A stretch of DNA of 64,000 nucleotides from Eledone cirrhosa (lineage: Eukaryota). The stretch lies in assembly GCA_964016885.1 (NCBI GenBank), contig OZ024747.1, positions 25,606,001 to 25,670,000 on the forward strand, read 5' to 3'. The stretch's first letter is position 1. Each line of letters begins with the position of its first letter. Under the pieces are notes generated by a model. The model did not search any database. It was not told the DNA's origin and saw only the letters and a program-made list of their open reading frames with translations. This document shows positions 1-10,707 of this stretch, in pieces. The position numbers and the translations under genes were made by a program.

Positions 1-35
1 ACGTCAAAATTATTTATAAAACTGTTTATATATTG

Positions 36-100
36 TATTTTGTCTGATGAAGGCATACCATGTTTTAATTTGGTATCCCTGAAATATGTATAATGAAATA
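36..100 (+). ncRNA. Minimal type-I hammerhead ribozyme (family A)
   Basis: Stem I TATTTTGT (36-43) pairs with ATGAAATA (93-100). Core CTGATGA at 44-50. Stem II AGGCATACCA/TGGTATCCCT. GAAA at 81-84, quasi-palindromic TATGTA, then UA (predicted cleavage after 92). AATAAA at 97-102; (TA)n follows from ~145. Confidence 0.8.
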
Positions 101-139
101 AATATGGTTTTATAAATATAGTTTCCATTTATTAATATC

Positions 140-196
<57 letters not shown>

Positions 197-345
197 GCTT
201 TCTGATTTAGGCCAAATATTTTAGGGGAGGAGAAAGTCGATTAAATCGACCCCAGTGCGTTTCTGGTACTTTATTTTATCGACCACGGGGTGAACGGCAA
301 AGCTAACCTCGGCGGGATTTGAACTCAGAACGTAAAGAGCTGTAC
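197..345 (-). mobile_element. tRNA-derived SINE (abundant family 1)
   Basis: GGGATTTGAACTCAGAAC is a B-box (GTTCAAATCC) on the minus strand. The shared body GTCGATTAAATCGACCCCAGT...TGGTACTTTATTTTATCGAC recurs many times in the window. Confidence 0.7.
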
Positions 346-561
346 AGAGGCACAGGCATAAGCATGAAGATATATATAAGCACACAAATGAAGACATAAT
401 CATGCAAATACGAATAGATACACATACAGGTAAATATATATATAGGTAAATGACATAACTGGTATTAGTTCAAGGAGACAACAAACAGAGGTACAAAAAG
501 TCTTATTAGTTTGACGCTTTATATTGGAAAGAGGAAAGAAAGTTCAAGGTGTCAGGCCTAT

Positions 562-606
<45 letters not shown>

Positions 607-1179
607 GATATAATATAATTAATTGAAGTGAAAAACTATTTTCAGCCTAGCATGAGTTGATGGGTTAGCATGGGCCAAGTCATTACTTAATTGGAGATAC
701 TGTCCTCTCGTAGACAAGTCAAGTACCCACATTCCGCTTACATACGTACAGAGATGAAGACGAGGATTATATAGAGTAATACCCTGCTTAGTACTACCCT
801 ATCTTGCATTGATTCACGACTACGCTCTTTTAAGTGACATATAGTCCTACATTGATATCAGATATTACGAGTCACACTCATGCACACTCTCATATATACC
901 TGAATTGTTCACAAAATCCAGGTATATCCCTCATGACTAGAAAACAGTTGTAACTCAAAGTTCATCTAAGAAAATTCATCTAAGGTGTTGAAAAAAAGCA
1001 TCAAACTGCTTGCAGAGCTGTCAACTCTTTCCACTTTGGGGGTGGGTGAGAGATGTCTTCTCTTGTGAAAATGGGTATAGCTTTCATTATGTAAAATCTT
1101 TTCATTTTGCCTCATTTTTCCCCGTTTTGGAGTACTTTTTTTTTTCACGGTACTCCCCGTTTGGGTTTTTAGAGGTTGG

Positions 1180-2100
1180 ATGTAAAACTGCTAGTATTGA
1201 AACAATTGGTAAGCCTTGAAAATTGGCCATACCAACAATTAGAAAAATGTAGAGAAAATAAAAACTTCTGCCATGACTATCTCATTGTTATCAACAAAGG
1301 TGGCTTGATAGAAGGTGTATCTGCTATATAAGTGAATGAAGAAACGAAATGTAACATACCACTAAGTCAAACCCTAATCCACTTACAAAAGAAAGAGATA
1401 ATACTGAAGCATTCACAGCAAGCTGAGGCAGGTTTTAAAAATTCAAACGACAGCATAACCTACACATAATTATATCCAGTGAATTTACAGGTGCAAACAC
1501 TAAGGCAGCTTAGAAAACTCCCCCAGTTTCTTAAGAGTATAATCAAGCATTACAACTACCCTAAAAAAAACTTGTATTGGAGCCAGATGAAACAGGTCTT
1601 TCTGGAAAAGAATGCCATTCTGCATTTTCATCAACAGAGAACAAATAATGTGCTTCTTGTTTCAAGGTGAGAACAGACTGTTTACACAACTTTTTGGTGT
1701 GTGCTCATTTATCATTCAGAAACATCATAGCCAATGAAGGAAATATCATAAATGCATGTGCTCGTGATTTGGAAATTAAACAAGAAAGCCTGGTTGACAA
1801 TACTAATTTTCACACGGTGTTTTCTTTTTTTTATCATACATTTTCATATAGTAAAATTTTATCTGTTGAAGATCTGCATGAGTTCGCTCAACAACACATC
1901 TTGAATGAACCTAAAGACCTTACTGTGGAATCAATGGTATCAGAGAAAAATACTTAGTACTGAATTCCTCAGTACCTGCATCACCAAAATTAAGGAAAAC
2001 AAGACCCAAGTTTCCGAAAATTACTCTGATTGGAAGAGAAGCAGCAAGGCAAACAGAATTAAAAAAAAAAAAATAATATCTTGCTACCATGATTGCTTCG
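1180..2100 (+). pseudogene. Decayed Tigger/pogo-family transposase remnant
   Basis: Fragments across stops and frameshifts read EAFTAS*GRF*KFKRQHNLH, FLKSIIKHYNYP, DETGL and WKRMP. These resemble Tigger FxASxGWFxxFKxR and DETGLFWKxMP motifs. Ends are approximate. Confidence 0.65.
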
Positions 2101-2219
2101 TGAGAGTAGGCTCAGTAATATGCACACGATTTGGTCCCTCTTTTGGGATATGACCTCTTCTATCCTATTTCTCACTGCTTTTTAACTCAATGCTGAATAG
2201 CTCTCAGTACTCAATTAGC

Positions 2220-2382
2220 AGTATCGGTAGAGAGTTGGACGCCATGCTTTCTAGCATAGTTACGCCCCTTTACGGTCTGAGTTCAAATCCCGTTGAAGTT
2301 AACTTTGCCTTTCATCCTGATGGGATCGATAACAAAGTACCAGTAATGTACTGGCCTTGTGCAACAAATTAGAAACAATTAT
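2220..2382 (+). mobile_element. tRNA-derived SINE (family 1)
   Basis: GAGTTCAAATCCCGTTGAAGTTAACTTTGCCTTTCATCC B-box and body; a partial copy lies at ~2575-2665. Confidence 0.65.
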
Positions 2383-2864
2383 TAAAGATGATGAAATTAA
2401 CTGATTCAAAATTTTATTATGACACTGGATCTTAAATAATTCAAGAAGTTTTCTAATCTTATCACAACTGTTAATCAGTGTGACATCACACTATGTGACA
2501 TCACACTATGCCATCACAGTGTGTGTGTGTGTGTGTGTGAGAAAATAATGTGACAACATTGTGGGATATAACAGTATGCCTTTCATCCTTACGGGGTCGA
2601 TAAAATAAAGTACCAGTAATGCACTGGTGAATTGCTGGCCTTGTGCCAAAAGTAGAAACAGTTATCTAAAATTAGGTGCTTGGAAGGATCAACAGTTTCC
2701 ACATTTTACGATTGTTTTGAGATGTCTATCATCTTTATTTGTGTCCATATCATTGTAAAAAATATCCTATCAAGCTGATATCTCTATCTATGCTATAAAA
2801 TGACTGTATAGTGCGGTTACGTCTATTGCTGCAGTTTAAATAGCATATCTTGAGCACTGTTAAT

Positions 2865-2896
<32 letters not shown>

Positions 2897-2941
2897 TAAA
2901 GTTAAATAAAGTCAAATGATTAAAATTTAGCTTCGTTTATT

Positions 2942-2996
2942 ACTGCTATATATATTTCAGTGACAGCCATCTTTGGCTGTGACCTCTTCAGGCAGT
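2942..2996 (-). ncRNA. Minimal type-I hammerhead ribozyme (family B, left arm)
   Basis: Exact reverse complement of the motif at 3422-3476. Confidence 0.85.
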
Positions 2997-3421
2997 TTGA
3001 ATTAGTATGGTATAGACAAGTACATATGTTGTTTAGGTGTATGATATTGTCAATACTCTGATATGCCCAGTTCCTTGTTGGGTTGTTAATTCACTGGGGA
3101 ACTGGAGTCATATGAATTCAAACAAACGAATTTTCGTGTCACAGGTCCCCTTCTCCTCTCATTGGTCAGTTATTAGAACATTCCTCATTCTAAGTGTTGT
3201 TATTGTTGGAGTTAACAATAACAACACTTAGAATGAGGAATGTTCTAATAACTGACCAATGAGAGAAGGGGACCTGTGACACGAAAATTCGTTTGTTTGA
3301 ATTCATATGACTCCAGTTCCCCAGTGAATTAACAACCCAATAAGGAACTGGGCATATCAGAGTATTGACAATATCATACACCTAAACAACATATGTACTT
3401 GTCTATACCATACTAATTCAA

Positions 3422-3476
3422 ACTGCCTGAAGAGGTCACAGCCAAAGATGGCTGTCACTGAAATATATATAGCAGT
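3422..3476 (+). ncRNA. Minimal type-I hammerhead ribozyme (family B, right arm)
   Basis: ACTGC-CTGAAGA-GGTCACAGCCA-AAGA-TGGCTGTCACT-GAAA-TATATA-TA-GCAGT, followed immediately by AATAAA (3477-3482). Confidence 0.85.
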
Positions 3477-3640
3477 AATAAACCAAGCTAAATTTTAATC
3501 ATTTGACTTTATTTAACTTTATTTTACACTACTCCGGAGTAACCAAACCAACCTGCGCACTTCGTCGAGTGCTCCAGCCTGCATACTGAGGTGTTGGTAT
3601 ACAACCAACATAAACTCAAAATCTATATATATATATATAT

Positions 3641-4127
3641 TTGATTTTATATGTTCTGGCTTGTTAATCTATTAACTTGCCATTGAACCACACTGGCATA
3701 TGGTCGGACTATACTTGTATCCCTGTGTGTATTTATTACATGTAGGAACACATACTTTTATTATTATTCTCCCCAATGGTAGAGAAACCTTTAGTCGTCT
3801 GAATGGCTGCTATTTTTAGCAGTACAGGATTGACTTGTCCATCGTGCTTCGCCTTTGCACGCGGTACCATGACAAAACTTCTTTATTATTCATTTGCTCT
3901 CATTCTGAGGCAGTTTGGAATGGCGCGAGTTTGTAATTTTTAACTCAGGAATTTTATATTCTCCGGGAGAGAAATGTCTTCTGACGATAATCTCTTTCTC
4001 AATGGAAATCCACCTGGATTATCTATTCGTTTGGGATTTGAAACCGCGGTAAAGGTACATATAGTAAGTACAGTGAATTTTTTAAAATTTATTTGAAATT
4101 TTTTCTATATTTGCTTTCCCTTGATTT
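3641..4127 (+). mobile_element. Non-coding TA-flanked element carrying a hammerhead (family C)
   Basis: About 490 bp of unique sequence between two (TA)n tracts, with no ORF and a hammerhead near the 3' end. Confidence 0.55.
3975..4057 (+). ncRNA. Type-I hammerhead ribozyme with extended loop II (family C)
   Basis: TGTCTT-CTGACGA (3981-3987). Stem II AATCTC/GGGATT with a long loop; the closing pair is U-U. GAAA (4040-4043), palindrome CCGCGG, TA, then AAGGTA. GUA cleavage triplet. Confidence 0.7.
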
Positions 4128-4202
4128 TATATATATATATATATCCGACGTATGATTTTATATATATATATTCAACGTATGATTTTATATATATATCCGA
4201 CG

Positions 4203-4433
4203 TATGAGTGTCCAACAAAAGTTCAGCTCTCTGGATGGCAGTGTCTCATGTGACATTTCAATCCCGCAAAAGACCGGCGGAAATGTGAGAAAGTGAACTG
4301 ATGTTGAACTACCCACACAAAGTTTTGTTTTAAGTGGTGAAGGCTTGTGTAGGACCAACCACACTTTTTGGAACTGACGACACATATCTTCGGTGCAAAT
4401 GTTTGCCACGGAAAATACAATCACAGCCCTCAA
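4203..4433. mobile_element. Possible decayed mariner-type MITE
   Basis: Ends TATGAGTGTCCAACAAAAG and (reverse complement) TTGAGGGCTGTG loosely resemble TACGAGGG-type mariner TIRs; the element is TA-flanked. Confidence 0.25.
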
Positions 4434-4451
4434 TATATATATATATATATA

Positions 4452-4778
4452 TTTCGTTTTTGAATTTGTTTTGCAAGATTTCTTATCTGAAAACGTGTGT
4501 TGAAACAAATATTGTTATACTTTGGGAGGGTCATGCTGCCAATAAAACACACGCACCTGTTGGTTTTCACTTCAATTTATTATAAATTTCCGATTGATTG
4601 GTTAGTTCGATAACCGGATGGTTGTTTATATATTGTCAAAGCTCTTTCGTCACACATTCTGTGACCTCCTCAGTGACTAGGTTTTTATTTTGTGTCCCTC
4701 CTTTGTTCTGTCCTACGCCATCTTGCACACAAACATTTTTTGCGTGTGTTTTTACTGGCAGCATGACCCTCCCAAAGT
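4452..4778 (-). mobile_element. Hammerhead-bearing element (family D) with a ~38 bp internal inverted repeat
   Basis: 4519-4556 and 4741-4778 are inverted repeats enclosing the hammerhead. 4465-4570 is homologous (reverse complement) to ~37640-37775. Confidence 0.6.
4635..4677 (-). ncRNA. Minimal type-I hammerhead ribozyme (family D)
   Basis: Minus strand reads GTCA-CTGAGGA-G-GTCACA-GAATG-TGTGAC-GAAA-GAGC-TT-TGAC. There is one extra G before stem II and the stem III palindrome is imperfect. Confidence 0.6.
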
Positions 4779-5102
4779 CACGGGTACAAGCCGAAGCTGA
4801 AGCATATAGACAATATGCCCCCACACCCTCCCACTGCAAAGTAGTCCTTGAGGTGCTACGGCAAAAAAAGGCACCCAGCCCACACTGTAAAGTGGACGTA
4901 TAGGCGCCACGGAAAAAAAGCACCCAGCACTCCTGTAAATGAGGTTGGTGTTAGGAAGGGCATCCAGCTGTAGAAATCAAGCCAGCATCAGTTCCTGTAT
5001 GAGTAAGACAAGGTCAGCCGACCGGCTACTGCCCATAACAGGACAACCCGTCTAACCCATGCTAGCATGGAAGAACGGACGTAAAACGGTGATGATGATG
5101 AT
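4779..5102 (+). mobile_element. RTE-related non-autonomous retroelement/SINE
   Basis: Contains ~48-bp AAAAAGCACCCAG..ACTGTAAAG units, GGGCATCCAGCTGTAGAAA, and an RTE-type 3' end CATGCTAGCATGGAAGAACGGACGTAAAAC with a (GAT)n tail. Confidence 0.65.
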
Positions 5103-5129
5103 ATATATATATAGTGATAGTTCATATAT

Positions 5130-5400
5130 AGCCTGGAGACTTCTGGTGTCATTGACCTTAGGGCCACCTCCCTACTCACCACCATCGACACAGAGTTGGC
5201 TACCCGCAGTCTGAGCCTCACCAGCTGGAATGGCCCTTCCAGCGCATCTCCCTCACCACTCTCCGGGGAAACGCATTTCTATTGTCTGCCGGGGTCACGG
5301 GGCGGCCAGCACGTGGGCCCCCATTTGCTCTTAATGGGAAGAGCCGGAGAGAGGGAGGCGAAGACAGTGGGAGTTTGGTTCCTTTGTGTTGGGACCTGGT
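5130..5400 (+). mobile_element. 3' fragment of a CRE-like (restriction-like endonuclease) non-LTR retrotransposon
   Basis: Translates SLETSGVIDLRATSLLTTIDTELAT-(frameshift)-EPHQLEWPFQRISLTTLRGNA, resembling the C-terminal ETxG...FQRxSxxxxRGNA motif of CRE-clade ORFs. A second copy is at ~9950-10185. Confidence 0.55.
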
Positions 5401-5484
5401 GTATATATGTTTCACAGACACACTCATACTGAGTAGTACCTGTGTTTTTTTACTAAAACATTGTTACTCAGTTTCATACTCATA

Positions 5485-6112
5485 TCATCATCCTTTTAAC
5501 ATTCACTTTTCCATGCATGGGTTGGACAGGTCTTTACCAGCACAGCTTCCCTCCACTCGTTGCATTCTTTCATCATATCCTCTCTGATATCCGGAGATTT
5601 CATATCAGCTCTTATCACTTCTACCTAAGTCTTCATGTGGGTCTCTTGGTCCTTCCTCACCTACAAATCCCCATCCATTTGCATCACTTCTCCATATCGG
5701 AGCAGTCTGCTATCTTGCACACAACAACTGATTCCTTTTATTATATCTAGTATTTTCCCTCTCAAACTATCTGTGCTTCAATGTTCACGGACATTAACAA
5801 TGCGGAGAGGAGGGCCATACGATGCAGCACTGCCTTGGTTGCCCTCTACTACCCAACCAGTGCAGCTTAAAAGATCTCGCAGAATTTAATAATAATGCAA
5901 AGGACTGTGTAAAGAAATGGGAAACTGTCATATAACCACATGCTTCGAAGAAACTAAAAGAAAAAAAACAACAATACACATCCAACAGATCATGCTCACT
6001 TCATTTTTCTTCAACCTTCGATTATCCTTTACACTTACTGCCCATGTTTTACTGCCATGGAGCATCGCACTTTGCATGCAGGCATCATATAACCTACCCT
6101 TAGAAACATTCT
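5485..6112 (-). mobile_element. Degenerate RTE LINE 3' fragment
   Basis: RTE-type tail at ~5485-5530. Minus strand near 6040-6100 reads GRLYDACMQSAMLHGSKTWAV, homologous to the 41.4-41.6 kb copy. Confidence 0.6.
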
Positions 6113-6231
6113 GTTGTCAACTGAGGTAGTATATTTGAGTAATGATGTTTTTGTCTATATAAGGACGATATATATATATATATATATACTTCACTATCTA
6201 TTTGTATCACGTACTTTTTTTATTTGTGTAA

Positions 6232-6321
<90 letters not shown>

Positions 6322-6893
6322 GGAAAAAGAGAATGTGGGCTAATGAAAGAGAATTGTGATACATAGAGAGATAGGAAAAGAGGGGAAGAAGAGTCAGAGA
6401 GTGTGTGTGAGAGAGACACAGAGAGAGAGGGTGTGGTGGGAGAATCAGATATAGGTTAACAGAAAATAAAACAAGAAAGAAAAGTAGTCAAAATGTGTTT
6501 ATAACATCAAAGGAACTATGTCTACCTGTCTGTCTACCTGCCTGTCTGCCTTTTATAATCACCAACTCTCCATTGTACATAAACAATACTGTGATGTTTT
6601 AGAGACAACACTGCAGCAACAACAACACCAACATCAACACCACCACAATCAAGACCAGCTACACCACCACCACCAACACAATCAACACCACCAACACCAG
6701 CCACACCACCAACACCAACACAATCAACACCAGCCACACCACCAACACCAACACAAGCCACACCACCAACACCAACACAATCACAATCAACACCAGCCAC
6801 ACCACCATCACCAACACCAGCCACACCACCATCACCAACACCACAATCAACACCAGCCACACCACCACCAACACCACAATCAACACCAGTACC

Positions 6894-8065
6894 CAGGGGC
6901 GGATTGGCCTATCGGGCAACCGGGCAAATGCCAGAGGGCCGGTGCTGCTGCGAACATTTTAAACAATATTTTGGTCACTGACACTGCAGCTTGCAGTGTG
7001 GCCGGCCTTCCTGTATGCCGAAGAATGTTAGTACTATGTTGTGTAGCACGAGGTTCACGATAACTGAAGTGCAAAACACAGAGAGATGTAGAAGGGGTTC
7101 ATCGTGCTGTGTCAGAATTTATTGACTGGACTTCCAAAGAACTGGAAGAACGTTGTGAAGCTGATGGGATTGAAACTGTTTTGACGCCTCAAAACTCCTT
7201 TCCAGTAAACAGAGTGAGAAGAAAAAAGAGAATGCCAGGAGAAAATGGAAAAGACGAACCAATAGCCGACGCAATGGAAGATTTTACTGTGATTGTACAT
7301 AATAAGATCACAGATCAAGAAGTCCAAAGCTTGAAATCGAGATTTGAATCGAATGGTTCAATTTACAGAGATATGGCATGTTTATCGCCACTGAATTTTA
7401 GTGATATAGCCACCTGTCTGCCTCAGGATGCGTTGGAAACATTAAGTAGCCTACTTCTTCGTTTTGAACCGAGTGCAACGAAAGAGAACTTACAACTTGA
7501 ACTGATTAATCTTGCAAAAAATTGGAGCAGCCTTCGCAAAGGACTTCCTGAAGAATATGCCGCTGCCACTGCCAGACAATATGATGAAGATGAAGGTGAG
7601 CAAGTGGTTTCAACGGTTTGTAAGCGTTGTAAAAATTGTGCAGTGTGCGTTTATCAGACTCTGCAGGCTTACAACCTTTTGACTGATGCGTATGGACTAA
7701 TAGGATTAGCTTATAAATTGATGCTGACTCTATCAACGACGCAAGTTGCCTGTGAACGTTCCTTCTCAACTTTGAAGTTTGTGAAGAACCGTCTAAGAAG
7801 TACACTAACTGAAAAGCATTTGGATGCTCTCATGCTCATGTGTGTAGAAAAAGATGTACTTAGTGAGGTGGACTGCCAGGATGTTATTGACAAAGTCGCT
7901 GAAAACAGTGACCTACTTAAGAAAAACTTGACTTTTCAACTGCTTTGTGTAAATTATTTTCTTTTAAAAAATATTCTTTTTCAAAAAAACGTTTATTTAA
8001 TTTTGTTTATAGGGCTGGTTGCTTCGGATTTGCCAGGGCCGATTTTAAGTCCCAATCCGCCCTTG
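6894..8065 (+). mobile_element. Internally deleted hAT DNA transposon
   Basis: TIRs CAGGGGCGGATTGG / CCAATCCGCCCTTG. Degenerate 8-bp TSD CCAGTACC / ACAGCACC. Retains the transposase C-terminus. Confidence 0.9.
7109..7935 (+). pseudogene. hAT transposase C-terminal fragment with hATC dimerisation domain (ZMYM1-like)
   Basis: LTLSTTQVACERSFSTLKFVKNRLRSTLTEKHLDALMLMCVEKDVL. The N-terminal two-thirds is missing, and the computed ORF runs on through the TIR into the minisatellite. Confidence 0.85.
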
Positions 8066-8610
8066 ACAGCACCACCACCAACACCACAATCAACACCAGC
8101 ACCAGCCACACCACCACCAACACCACAATTAACACCAGCCACACCAGCACCACCACAATAACACCAGCATCACCACCCACACTACCACCACTACCACTAC
8201 AATCAACAACATCACCATCACTACAGTCAACAACAACGACGACGACAACAACAACAACAACATTTCCTAGAATAAGTATTAAAAAAGAAAGAACTTTCCT
8301 AGAAAATAACCACAAACAAGAAAGTTGAAAGTAAACGACCTGATTGTAAATTGCAAGGGATTGGTAAACACCTACATTATTTAGTGTCACACATTATTGT
8401 TCTGAATTGGAAGAAGCATGAATGTGACAATATTTTAACCAAGCCCCACGCCACACCAATGTAATACTTCATATACAAGTTTTTTTTATTGTTGAGTAGG
8501 AAGTGCATTGGAAAAGTCCTTAAAACATCAGATAAAATAATTTGTGGTATTCATTCTGGTTCTCTGTATTCTGAGTTCAAATCCTGCCAAGGTCAACTTT
8601 GCCTTTCATC

Positions 8611-8770
8611 CAGTGCTGGATTTATTATTGTGCCTAGGTGCACAGGGCCCCATTTGCCAGAGGGGGGCCATCTTCTTGTCAACATTTTTTTTTTACCTCC
8701 TTCAGGATCCAAGTAAGTGGCCTCATAGCTTAATTACCATAGGGCCTCATTTGTCCTAAATCCGGCACTG
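8611..8770. mobile_element. hAT MITE nested in a SINE
   Basis: TIRs CAGTGCTGGATTTA / TAAATCCGGCACTG; 8-bp TSD CTTTCATC / ATTTCATC. It interrupts a family 1 SINE at GCCTTTCATCC. Confidence 0.8.
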
Positions 8771-9661
8771 ATTTCATCCTTTTGAGATAGATAAAAAAAA
8801 GTACCAGTCCAATACTGGGATAGTTTCTTTCTCTATATATCCCCCCCCCTCTTTATCTCTCTCTTTCTCTACAAGAAAGCTGTATTCCTGCTTGGAGAGG
8901 ACATAGGCTCCGTTAGTTTTAAAAGACCAAGACATACAGTATATCATGATAGTGCTATACCATGATAGTGCTTCTACGACTCCATCAAGAGTTACGGGTA
9001 GATACATTATTTAGTGTCACACATTATTGCTCTAATTCGGAAAAGGTATGGCTGACACAACATTTAACCAAGCCTCTTATTTCACCCCACTCAACCGCCC
9101 CCCATATCAATATCAAACTTCACATACAAATTTTTTATTATTATTAATATTATTATTAATGCACTGGAGTAATTGCTGGCCTTGTGCCAAAAGTAGAAAC
9201 GTTATTATTATTATTATTAATAACACAGAGGCTTGGAGTTCAAATACCACCTAATGGTTCAACTTCATATTTGATTAAATAATTTATCAATAATATATGT
9301 AACCCTCTCCCACTTCCTTGTTCCTCTTTTCGTAGTTCTCTGCCTTGTTTGATTCTCATGATCTGAACACACCTAAAGGAGAGAATTTGTCTTGAAACTG
9401 TGAGGAGAGTCTCAATTGATTGAAGCATTTTCCCCACTCAACATATCCAGAATACGAGACTGTATGTGTGTGGGGGTGGGGTGGGGTGGGGGTGGGGTGG
9501 GGTGGGGGTGGGGTGGGTGTATGAATATTGGTTGAATTTTTTAAAAATCAGGCAAAGTACCCCTGGATATTTTACCTGATTTTTTCAACTATTATTTATA
9601 GTGATTGATTATTATTATTATTATAGTCATTTACGTTGAGTCTGCTACATTTCAGATTGCG

Positions 9662-9925
9662 TGGAGGCATGTGGCCTAGTGGTAAGGGTGTTGGATTTAT
9701 GATCATAATGTCGTGGGTTCGATTCCTGGGCTGAGTTGCATGTTGTGTTCTTGAGCAAAACATTTCATTTCACGTTGCTCCAGTATACTCAGCTGAAAAT
9801 GAGTACCAGCAGCAATAGCTGGCTGTTTAACCCTGCGATGGATGGCATCCTGTCCAGGGGAGAGTCTTGTACTCTCAGTTGCTTCATGCCATGACATCAG
9901 GTTAAGCACCAGCCTAACAAGCCTT
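9662..9925 (+). mobile_element. tRNA-derived SINE (family 2)
   Basis: A-box TGGCCTAGTGG, B-box GGTTCGATTCC, body CTTGAGCAAAACATTTCATTTCAC...GCGATGGATGGCATCCTGTCCAGGGG. A related minus-strand copy is at ~40470-40740. Confidence 0.7.
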
Positions 9926-9949
9926 AAATGGTTTAAGACAGACTTTAGA

Positions 9950-10185
9950 CTTAGACTAGACTGTGGAGAGGACGTTGGTGGTTCCGACAATAAGTGTTCC
10001 AGTGTATTATGAGCAAATTGGGTCCCACGTGTTACCCGCCCCCACAGCCCTGGCAGACAGAATGGAGAAGTTTCCTCGGAGGATGGTAAGGGAGATACGC
10101 TGGAAGAGCCACCCCATCTTGCGAGGCTCACACCCGTGGCTAGCCAGCTCAGCACCTATGGTGGTAAGTAGTGAGGTAGACCTAT
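9950..10185 (-). mobile_element. 3' fragment of a CRE-like retrotransposon (second copy)
   Basis: Minus strand reads RSTSLLTTIGAELASHGCEPRKMGWLFQRISLTILRGNFSIL; homologous to 5160-5330. Confidence 0.55.
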
Positions 10186-10707
10186 GAACAACAGGACAGC
10201 CTGCTCATCATATTAACATGCAAGTGGCTAAGCTTCCCACAGATACGTGCACTCTTAACGTGACACACTGTACAACTGGGATGGCTTTTTGAATAACAGG
10301 TACAAGTCATTTTTCCCCAGCTGAGTGAACTGGAGCTTCGTGAAATTCAAGTATCTTGCTCAAGGACCCAACACACTGTTGGAAGTCAAACTCACAACTT
10401 ACAATCACCAACCAAACACCTTAACCACTAAATTTCACGCCTTCACAACACACTCACTCAGATACATATAAAAACAACAGTGTGGAATAGCTTACAAGGA
10501 TTCTGATCACTGACATTTGCCTCCCTCCTCTAACTAAGCACTAAATAAATAAGTAATTAGTATATATTAATTAATATATAAAATATGAAAACACGACTGT
10601 AATCAACAACAAACAAACTTGGAAATATAATACGAATGACCAATGTAATGCAAACATCAATGTTGTAAACTTCACGAAAAACAGATGTTACATCTGCATC
10701 AGAGGCA

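Larger units (their letters stand above)
2892..3622. mobile_element. Fold-back palindromic non-coding element with two hammerheads, inserted in (TA)n
   Basis: Arms 2892-3207 and 3214-3526 are near-identical inverted repeats (two substitutions and a 3-nt indel seen) around a 6-nt spacer GGAGTT. The right arm has a ~95 bp unique extension. (TA)n lies on both sides. Confidence 0.85.
6612..8262. repeat. CAC/CAA-rich minisatellite split by a hAT insertion
   Basis: The unit CACCAGCCACACCACCAACACCACAATCAA occurs on both sides (6612-6893 and 8066-8262) of the hAT element. Confidence 0.8.

Noticed and set aside
3037-3381. Twin 63-64 aa ORFs on opposite strands
   Set aside because: They are a by-product of the palindrome, start at GTG, and have no recognisable motif.
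4369-4408. CTGACGA-CAC..GTG-CAAA hammerhead-like motif
   Set aside because: CAAA replaces the invariant GAAA and stem I pairs poorly.
4755-4830. Possible twister or HDV-like ribozyme around CGGGTACAAGCCG..GCTGAAGC
   Set aside because: I could not build the required pseudoknot pairings, and the homolog at ~37200-37260 does not keep the motif.
6518-7063. His/Gln-rich 181-aa ORF
   Set aside because: It is a translation of a CAC minisatellite running into a transposon end.
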